Positions 49,305 through 59,500 of a stretch of DNA of 64,000 bases are shown one piece after another. Position 1 is the first letter of the stretch. Every line of letters starts with the position of its first letter. The position numbers were made by a program, and so were the translations under genes. Source of the DNA: Saccostrea cucullata (lineage: Eukaryota); assembly GCF_032062105.1 (NCBI RefSeq), contig NW_026941090.1, positions 372,001 through 436,000 of the forward strand. Reading direction: 5' to 3'. The notes under the pieces were generated by a model that had not been told where the DNA came from, did no database searches, and saw nothing but the letters and a program-made list of their open reading frames with translations.

Positions 49305-51910
49305 TCAGTAAACAGTTGGCTGTGACCGAAGCATGTGCCCATCATACGAAGGGCGTTCGCCATATTTGTCTTCCAGTCTCGCTGTCATGGCGGCGACAAA
49401 GCCACACATAGAACCAAACAGGGACAAAAATCCGGATACCGCCACCATGGCGAAGGACCAGGATAAAAAGTTCTTTTCTGGATAATAAATCCATTTTGCT
49501 TCCAATTCTGGCTGGTCGGATTTGACACCAAACAAGATTAAACAAACTGCTGAAATGACACCTGCAAAAAAAAATGGAATTCATACTGAATTAATTCTTT
49601 GAATTATCTTTTATCAACACACCCCAAGTACATTTTCGAGACCGGTATTAACGAAATCAATATTGACAATTAAATGATAAATTATAAGTTTAACATCATC
49701 TAGAGATACATTGTAATCACCTGAAACAAGAATCATGACTGCTATAGATAAGAGTGCGAGAAAATTGGCAGCTCCCGGACACACACCCAGGAAAACTAGC
49801 ACGCCCATGATCCCTCCCACTAACTGCAGGAGGAGGGAAATCGTCATCATCACCTGGATGGCAACCAACCACGCTGAAACGACAGAGATACTGAATCATT
49901 CAAAACGATCCGTGAAAGTAAAAAAAAAAAACTATCTAACATCTAAAATAAAATTGCATCCATGTCATAATTATCAAAAGAAAGGGCTTTTAAAGTCTTT
50001 AAATTATTCTACCTTATTTTCGATGTGACCCTAATGAAACTTTCGTTGCCCTTTTTTCGAGTTAAACATTAAAATGTTCTTTACTGTTTCCTGTTTGATA
50101 TTTTAATATGTGGATTCAGTCACTAACATTTTTTAATACTTATTCTCGATACTTACGTTGATTTATTAGTCACTTTAGAATGACTCATCCCTATAACATA
50201 GTCCGACCCTTCTAACATATGTGGAGTGGGTCACTTTCTGATTTGGACATACACATATTATACAGTCAACTGTAAGCTACTCTATACAGTTACTTCAATG
50301 TATTCTACCTTTCTCTGATTAACACATACTCATTTCTCAACGTGGATTCCATCTTTCTGATTGGCATAATTTATACTTATATTGGTCTAACTCATCATTA
50401 CAGGACCTTACAGGGATTTCCATTAATAAACATATGTATATATACATCTGTACAGTTATACATATAACCTAGACTTCTCAGTTAATACTTACATTGGTTT
50501 GGTTCTAAAAGTTTTTATTAATGTTTCTTTGACTTTTACTTCACTCTCCTCTATACTTTTAAAATGGTTTGAACCACTCTCACGTTTATATTCTCATCCT
50601 TGATACATAGCTATTTGATTAGTTCCTACAGGATCCCCTGGATGCTTCTGTGGATTCTGAGACCTTGACTGGGTCACACTCATATATTTACATGGATTCA
50701 GCCACCCTCTGATTGAATGTTTCAAACTCGTACCTTGATCCACTCGAAACTTATGTGGATTCAGCTACTCTGTGATTGGTTCATACTCATACCTTGATCA
50801 CTCGATACGTACGTAGCCTCAGCCACTCTCTGATTTATTCATACTCATACCTCGATCTCCTTTACACTTACGTGGATATAGCCACTCTCTGATTAGTTCA
50901 TACTCGTACCTTGATCTCTTATATACTTCCGTGGATTTAGCACTCCCTGATTTATTCATATAATTATACTCATACCTCGATCTCCTCAGTACTTACATGG
51001 ATTCAGCCACTCCCTGATTGGTTCATACTCATGCCTTGATTTTTTGATACTTACGTGGATTCAGCCACTCCCTGATTGGTTCATATTCGTACGAGAACAT
51101 CCACCAGCAACCATTGTAGAGCTTCCCATTATAACTTGTCTTGTGAGAAAAATCTTTGAAGCAAGCTTCCCATAAGCCAAGCTATAAAAGTAAGAAAAAC
51201 TGTTACTCTTGGCAAATGAGAATTACCAATGTCATATTTATTTCAAACAAATTCATGCCAACTACACTAGTTTTATCATCCTTTGAAGTGTTGCAATGCT
51301 TGGTAAACGATTTTTCAGGAGTAACGAGGGTTCTCTCATATCAGGGTACATGTACATAGAAGATAGAAAATGTTCTGTGGTTTTACACAAAAGAATACGT
51401 TAAAATGATACCACTAGCAGATAATTTATATGATTTATTTTTTTTTCAACCAATACCTATAATACAGGTAAATGTTGTATTTATTAAGATCATTTGTAGT
51501 AGACAACGACATTGGCAGTGAAAATTTCAACTATCATGGAAAAAAGAATACGTAACCCCCCCCCCCCCCCCCCCGAAACAGATTACTCCTCGGTTATTGA
51601 CTATTTTACTGGTGTATCTTTCGAAATAAAGCAATAATTATTATATCAATGTTTTTAAAGTCTTAAAACGGCATAACGACCATAAGCTTATTTCATGATT
51701 GAGTCAAATCTAACAAAACATTTATAGTTGTACACCTGAGGCAGACATTTTGACACAGAAAGGAATACCTACGCTTTCAAATCCCGAGGAAGTCCTGTAA
51801 TTTTTGTCTGATTCCAACCAAAAATGCGTAGAAAATCCAATCACAAAAAATATTAGTCCAACTACATTAAGAATAAGAGAAAACAATAAAAGACATTTCA
51901 CTCGGTTCAT
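49305..51910 (-). CDS. Claudin-like tetraspan protein D, 224 aa
   Basis: complement(join(49305..49561,49721..49873,51055..51181,51773..51910)); exon 2 LGLWEACFKDFSHKTSYNGKLYNGCWWMFSYEYEPIREWLNP; NFLSWSF; ends QPTVY. Confidence 0.9.
50105..51093 (-). repeat. Degenerate ~58-bp tandem array derived from the claudin D exon-2 3' end plus splice donor
   Basis: Plus-strand unit ~TACTTACGTGGATTCAGCCACTC(T/C)CTGATTGGTTCATACTCGTACCTTGATC...; six clear copies at 50687-51050 and increasingly decayed ones toward ~50105. Confidence 0.85.
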
Positions 51911-52783
51911 TATTATAGCGAGGTAAATAATTATTAATCTATTTAAGGCATATTTTTACTGGAAGATTCCATTAACTCAGGTGCATGAGGGGTGTGAAGG
52001 TATTCAGGTAGAGGAACTCGCGCACAAAATCATTCGATTTACACTTCAAGTTATGGGACAAAGCCCATTTTGCAACAAAAAGTCATGTTTTTATACTTAA
52101 TATGCCCATGGCAGCAATATAATCTTAATTTATGGATATATCTAGCTCGTATAGTTTGGTGTTAAATTTAACACAATGCAATCACACATATTCGAGGGAT
52201 TTGAATGGTCAGTGATGCCCCACTATGACTGCTAACGGCAAAGATGAAAGTTTGCGAAATGCAAGTCAAACTCTAAGGTTATAAGCTTAAGGAATGATGT
52301 TGTTAACCAAAGAAAGAACAAGTTTCAATGAATATACAGGAAAGATGAAAGCCCAAACACAAACCGTTTACAATAGCTGCTGTATGTATACGGGGGCATC
52401 AGTGTTTCAAAAACACATCTTTGTTTGAAAGATTTTCACAGCTCACAATTCGGTTTGGTTTTAAGGATACAGGTAAACTTTCGGTGAAACTAATTTCAGG
52501 AAGCATTGAATATTCAGAACTTTATGCACATCACGGGCTTTACTTCTATTTTGACTCGATTACAAACGTTTTTTTTTTTTATAATAATGCATGGAATGTT
52601 CCCATGTCCCAAATGTTGTTTCCATTACTCCCTTTTTTCATTTTATCAAGGCATTTTACCACGATGGTTATCATGTCGTAATCCGTCTATGATGATCATT
52701 GGCCACTTTGTGGACAGCGCCAACAAGAACACGTTTGATCCCCTTTCTTTCGATTTCGTCACATCCCTCCTCACGTTAATCCC

Positions 52784-52790
52784 TATAAGT
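52784..52790 (+). promoter_or_regulatory. Candidate TATA box of the cvSI-2-like gene
   Basis: CCCTATAAGTA about 60 nt upstream of ATG 52845. Confidence 0.4.
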
Positions 52791-52844
52791 AACTACTCAC
52801 TACTAAGTCCAATATCAGATCTCCAAAACCGTAGTCAGGGCAGC

Positions 52845-54436
52845 ATGAAGGTTCTAGTTTCCATCACAATTTTCGGTCTTCTCGCAGGTATTGTATTTAT
52901 ATTATCCAAAAAATGTCAGTCCATATGCACTTTCGTGAACAATATAAGAATTGGATCAGTTGTATGGACAGAATAATCAAAATTTCTAACAGGATACATG
53001 TTTTTACTAAAACTTTTTAACATCGCTTAAGGTACATCGACTTTATGATAAGAGGAATAACTCTCTATATATGATATCAATAATTTTTATTCTCTTGAAA
53101 TTGTGAATTTGAAGGACAATTTTTTGTCGAATGTGAAACCGCAAAGTTTGTTGAAATTGTTTGTTATTCAAGAATAATTTATGTTTCTTTTTATAACAAA
53201 AAAATAATTGGAAAAAAATGCTTGAGTTAGCAGAGGAATAAAGCTATGAAATAAAATATAAATATAAAACATATAAAACGATTACATTGTACTTTTGTCA
53301 AAATAAGAAGATAAAAATATCCTGCATGTCCAATAAAAGTGTGTAAATATGTTTAAAGAAAGATTTCTCCCCCATTTTAGCATTCATTGCTGGCGAGAGA
53401 TGTCAAGGAGCAGCCGACTGCACTCTGGAGACATGCGCTTCTGGGTCATTTATCGGCTGCACACAGGGAATATGCACGTGCCTTACGGAGAGACGTACGT
53501 TATCCAAAATTTGAGCAGAATTTTAACGGGTCCAAAGTACAATGATCGAGAGTTTCTGTGAACTTGTTACTTTTGGCATTCTAAAGATTTTCTTATCTTG
53601 GATACAGTTAATCATACTGGCTATATATATATATTTAAACGATCAACATTAAGTTCCAAAGTCCTAAATAGGTCTCAAAAATACCCCGAAAAATGCCTCC
53701 ACTCTTTTCGCTAAGTTCTTAGAACTTTATTTGATTTTTAAGAAATCAAATCTATTTATCGTCCGACTTTATTGTCTCTATATTTTTAAAAACATAATAT
53801 TATATTCGCTTCTTCTACTTTACTACTTGAACATTTTCTCAGTCTGTCTAACTACATGAGTGGACTTTCTATTAATTCAAACATCGTTTATTCAGAAGGA
53901 TTTTATTATCGTGTCATAATTATGTGTTATACAAATGATCCAATGATATGTCCTTTTCAAGGGGAAAATGTTCGCCAAAAGATTGGATTTGTTTGAAATC
54001 CATGTTTCTCTAATTGGAGGAATATTAATGGTAGTGGAATGGTTTGGTAGTATACATGTTTCGGAAATAATTTTTTAACCCATAGTGTTGTTATATACTA
54101 TGGGTTAAAAAATTATTTTCGAAACAAGTTCCCGTGACATGTACCGGTATAATTACTAGTATGTTCCTGAACGCTTTTAAACTGTATGTTTCATACAAAA
54201 AAAAAAAAAATACAATGGGTCTTGTCAAAAAGCTTGTTTCATAAAAATACAATAGGTCTTGTCTTTGCTTTCGTTTTTTCTAGGATATGCATGTACTTTT
54301 TTCCCGCATTAATAAATTTTGTTTTTAATTTTAAGGTTGTCGTGGACTTCGGGACTGCTATGGACTTCCGGCCTGCCCGGACCAGGACGCTTCCTGGCAC
54401 TGCTTTGACAACGTCTGCAAGTGCATTGACATCTAA
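52845..54436 (+). CDS. Secreted 12-Cys serine protease inhibitor, cvSI-2-like (MEROPS I84), 85 aa
   Basis: join(52845..52887,53381..53494,54336..54436), phase-1 introns: MKVLVSITIFGLLAAFIAG-ERCQGAADCTLETCASGSFIGCTQGICTCLTERRCRGLRDCYGLPACPDQDASWHCFDNVCKCIDI*. Two 6-Cys modules ending CxC, WHCxD motif; AATAAA at 54465. Confidence 0.88.
54057..54126. repeat. 70-nt AT-rich hairpin in cvSI-like intron 2
   Basis: TGTTTCGGAAATAATTTTTTAACCCATAGT-loop-ACTATGGGTTAAAAAATTATTTTCGAAACA. Confidence 0.85.
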
Positions 54437-54724
54437 CGTGATCGTACTTATTTGTATTGGCATAAATAAACAAATGAACAACATGACCAAAGGCATTTTT
54501 AAATTTCAAGTAATAAAATATGAAATATATAACAAATTTTTTCAACTGGATAAAAGAATTTAAACACGCCTGCATTCTGTATAGTAAGCTGAAAGGGGTT
54601 AATTGTAGATAAAATTTTACATCAGGTCATCTTTAAAATACGTCTGTTTGTCCTTTCCAGTTCCGACTCAGGGTAAAAAATTTAGTCGGTAGGTAGCTAG
54701 GTGGGATTTTTTTTTTCACTAAAA

Positions 54725-55557
54725 GGTCAAGATGTGTTTACAGATTACTGATGACCCCGTATGGCAACATAGCGAAGGTTAAATTTTTCTCAAATGCAAA
54801 TCATATACCAAAGTAAGGCCTTCTCACAAGAAATACAGTGGTGAAATATGAAAGCCCTAGCACCAACTCTTCAAAAGTTATGGCCAAGGTTAAAGTTTTT
54901 TAAAGATAGGTCAAACTCTAGGGTCAAGGTCGAAGTTGTTGGTTTCTAAAGAAAGGTCTTGTAACAACAATTACATATGTTAAAGTATGAAAGCACTAAC
55001 CATTGAAAAGTTATGGCCAAGGTTAAATATTTTAAAAAGTAGGTCAAACTCCAGGGTGAAGGTCAAAGGGTCAAAGTTGTTGGCATTCAATGAAAGGTCT
55101 TATGATATCACACGGATCACATATATGAAGTATGAAAGCCCTATCCCTTACCTTTCAAAAGTTATGGCCAAGGTGAAAGTTTTTTTAAGTACATTAATCT
55201 CCAAGGTCAAGGTCAAACGTATCCAATGGAAGGTCTTTTCTCAAAGAAACTGAAAGAATACATATGCGTTGTATGAAAGTCCTAGCACCAACCGTTAAAG
55301 ACTTATGGTCAAAGTAAAAGTTAGGAATGTTTTTGTGTAAGAGTGTGTCAAACTCCAAGGTCAATAGGTCAAATTTTGCGGTACCCAAAGTAAGGTCTTG
55401 TCACAAGGAAAACACTTGTGAAATATGAAAGCCATAGCCGCACCAGTCAAAAGTTATAGGCAAGATTAAAGTTTTTGCGGACAAACAGATAGACAGACAG
55501 ACGGACGGATAATGCAAAAACTATACACCCCGAATTTTCGATTACGGGGGCATAAAA
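54725..55557 (-). mobile_element. HINE-like element with ~140-150-bp tandem units
   Basis: Five units TATGAAAGCCCTAGC..AAAGTTATGGCCAAGGTTAAAGTTTTT..AAGGTCAAGGTC; GACA/GACG microsatellite at ~55488-55508; CCCCG...CGGGG hairpin then CATAAAAA terminus. Confidence 0.75.
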
Positions 55558-56564
55558 ATATTGGCATTCGTATCGACGGAATGAGAAAATAAAGGAATAA
55601 TAAAAAGGAAAAAAACCGATTCCTGGTGGTTAAAAAAGTTTTGAATCAGGATATTTTTAGCCAATCGGTCGGGAGAGGGCAAACAATTTTTTTGTAGATG
55701 ACCAAGTACATTTTCTGATCAAATAAATATAAATAAGACATGTCGAAGTTTATACTTAAATAAAAAACTATGCACTATCGGGAGAAGGGGCGGGGAGTCG
55801 ATCTGGAACATTTAAAGCAAAAAATTCAAATACACGTACATGTAATTTAATATGGAGAATGTTAATTGAAATGCCGGTCGCCGTCTCCCCCTATTTTTGT
55901 TTGCAGTTTATGGTTAATTACTATATATGCTAAGGGATTAAATGTTTTGTTCCTTGTATAAATTATTGTGCCCCCCCCCCCCCGGCACGACCAGATTAGT
56001 TTATTTTTTGTGTTGTGTCTGTGCATTTTTCCTTTCTTTTATTTAAATTATAAATTAAATTTAAAAAAATCTATCAGTGATCACTAATAATATGCATGCA
56101 TTGCTTCTTTGATAAAAGTTAATTTAGCATACCTGTATTTACCGAATTAAATTGCCTTGCCTATTGTATATAAACGTTACAATACACAATTATAAAGAAC
56201 AGTGTCGAGGGAAAAATTCTGTTTAACTATTAAAAGAAATTTCTTAATGCAAACGCAGAGTTGATATAGTGCGGATCTAAAAAAAAAAAAGTAGGGAATA
56301 TTTTAGAAATACGCAAAAACGTAATTTTCCCCGCTCTGTAAAAAAAAAGTGTGTATGCGCACGCAACATTGGAAAGTTTCCGCGACCTAACGGTTACTAT
56401 AGTGAAGCAACGCGTGCACTCATGGCCCGCGTGATCATAATGTATTGATTTTTATGCTAACACGTGCCTTACAGCTGTTCAGTTGTTGACATGTCTTGAA
56501 CAATTCTACATGGCTCAGCTCAATGTCCAGTGGATAAAGGGAAGAAAATTAAATACAAACTAAA

Positions 56565-59500
56565 ATGTCGGTTGGATTTATTGGGGCTGGGCGAATGGCC
56601 CAGGCCTTGAGTCGGGGCTTTATATCCAAAGGTAAGTTAACGTATTCTCAGTCTAAGTCTTTTATCCCCCCCCCCCGTCTTCATCTTTGTCAATGTCAAT
56701 GAGAAGTACTGAAAAAATGTGGTACCACGGTAATTTTTAATTGATTGATATGAATATACTTACCTTTTGAAAAAGTCCAACAATTTCCAAAATTTATTTT
56801 TAAGGGCCCGGAGTGGCAACCTATTAATTTAATGAATTGACTGTCAAATTTGTTCATTTAAAAATTATACTAATCCATACGAATTTCTGAATCTGTTAAG
56901 TACTACGCTTATTCAAACAACAGAATGCTAATATATATTAACTGTGTTTGTTAATAAATCACATTGTGGTAAAAATGCCATTATTTATCAGTGTAGACAA
57001 AACTATTTTAAATTATTGTATCCATTATTTGCACCTTCCTAAACTTAATAAATAATCTGACAATCTTTGTAAAATTAGATACATAAAAATTAAATGGCAG
57101 ACCTTTGATATTTTCTTTGAAAATCTCCAGTACAGACTGGATCTAATTACCAGCTTAAATTAGTTCGAAGTAGAAGTTTTTTCCCACAAAAGATTGAAAA
57201 TAATTATAAATAAAAAAATTTCATGATGTACAGCATCATATAAATATATGCCGTAATGCGAGCATTGATGTATAACTAGTAAGCAATCACATAATTATAT
57301 TCTAATGCTTGTCAGACGCAGTATTATGCCTATAGTCGATTCCAGGCAATGTGCATTCATGCGATATATAGTGTATAGTGTTTATAGTATTTTTCCTGGT
57401 AAAATACAAACAGTTAAAAAAGTAATCTACGTGTTGCTGAAGTGCTTCATAAAATTATCATCTTTAAATAGAATATTTTCAACATCACATATAATTCAGC
57501 CAGCCAGAGAAGGGGGGGGGGGGGTGGGTGGGGGGATGGGGCAACTTGATTAATAATTTTGATCCTTCAGATCTACTGAACATACAGGCCTATACGTATA
57601 CGACTGATACGTATGTGGTGGATAATATACCAAAAACTGTGTATTTTGTATGGTAGTATTTTATTATGTGCAGAAATAGGGCCTACATGTACCTAAAAAT
57701 TACCTGGAGAAAAGAAAAAAAAACTCTCTGCCTTGAGGTAGAGTATTCAGTTTAGCGATATGTTAATTTATTAGACAATTTAACACACTGTTGATTTTGA
57801 ATAACCGCTTTCTCTAAACTTTGACCTTCCCAATGGAAAGCTCTCATGAGAGGAAATGAGTTTGAGGAAGTACTGAGAACGAATATTATTACGGAAGACA
57901 AGGCGTGGATCTAAAGATTGCCTGGTGATGTTGATCATACGTTAGTAATAAGTAGGTCAAAGACCTACATTACTTTCAAAATGAGTTCAAACTTTTGCAG
58001 ATAAGCCACGGAAAAGTCGGGCTCATTGGCTGTTTCTCAAATAATCATCTTATAAAGAGATGTTATGATTTAAAGGTGCGGATCCAGGAACTGAAGTTAG
58101 CGAGGCGCCAAAAGTAGGCAAGTGGTCTGGGGCCGCCTTGAGGATAAACTTGGGTCCATTTCAACAAAGATTGCCCATAACCCAAGGGTGTGAAGCCCCC
58201 GGAAGCTCCTGGATTCTAGAGATTTTGTAGGGTTAAAATGAGGCCTGCCGAGTAGACATTTTACATTTTATATATTTTTTTCCATTAAAAAAAAAAACAA
58301 ACAGAATTACAGATTTTTTTTTATGTTTAATGTCAAAGAGTTAACAGTCTGACGCTTGAGCTATCGTAACTTATTACTCATTATCTCACAGGTGGGTTTT
58401 AGATTGTCGACTCGTTCATTTTTTTTATTACTGATTTACGCTATATCTTTGATAATTAAAACATGTATAAGGAGATGGGGGGGGGGGGGTGTTGGTGTTA
58501 ATCCGCCATTGATTTTGCTGCTAAAAAAAAATCAATGTTCAACATCGATGGCTTTGAAAAGTATTGATTGACTTAATTTACTGTTTCTACATATGACTTA
58601 TATCTTGAGTAATAATATGTTAAACCTATAGTTAAGATAAAATGCAAGAAATAGTATTAGTTATCCAGGTTCAATGAGTTTGAGGAAATACTGAAAACGA
58701 ATATTATCCATACACCCTGAGGCCGAAGGCCGAAGGGTGTATAAATACAACCCGGGGTAAATGTTGATACATTGATTGAACCTGGATAACGAATTTATTT
58801 TCTATGTATCCATAGAAATGCTTTGTAAACATAAAATTTAATACAATCTACTGTGTCTCAACCTATCGATAAGATTTACTACGTACTATGCATCGTGACG
58901 TCATGCCATTTGCTTTGTATTATAGAAAAACTTGCATTGTGACGTCACGTTTTATTTACACCCGGCTCAAGTCGGGTGTACGGAAATTTACAACCGACTT
59001 TGTAACCAATCAAAGCTCGTGTTACAAGCTACATAGGAAATAATATTAGTTATCCAGGTTCAATCAAGGGTGTACGAGTAGACATTTTACATTTTTTTAT
59101 TTTTTTTCCATAAAAAACACCCTGAGGCCGCAGGCCGAAGGGTGTATGAATAAAATGTCAAATTAACAGTCACCCTTGATTGAACCTGGATAACGAATTT
59201 ATTTCCTTTGTACCCATAAAAATGCTTTGTAAACATCAGAGTGTGTCTCAATCTATCGATTAGATAACTACGTACTACAATGCATCGTGACGTCATGTTA
59301 TTTGGCTTTTATCATAGAGAATGTATGCATTGTGACGTCACGTTTTATTTACACCCGGCTCAAGTCGGGTGCACGGATATTTACACCCGACTTTGTAACC
59401 AATCAAAGCTCGTGTTACAAGCTAGATAGGAAATAAAGAGTATTACTGTATAAGGGGAAAAAATGATATTAAAACCTCTAAAATGAGGAATATGCTCAAT

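Noticed and set aside
50687-51093. CRISPR-like array (polarised repeats with short variable gaps)
   Set aside because: Eukaryotic intron, no cas genes, and the gaps are homologous to each other rather than unique spacers; the unit derives from the adjacent exon.
52506-52976. 156-aa ORF
   Set aside because: Only 52845-52887 is coding (signal-peptide exon); the rest is promoter and intron read-through.
54186-54575. Three overlapping ORFs of 85-125 aa
   Set aside because: Wrong frames or strand across the real cvSI-like exon 3 (54336-54436).
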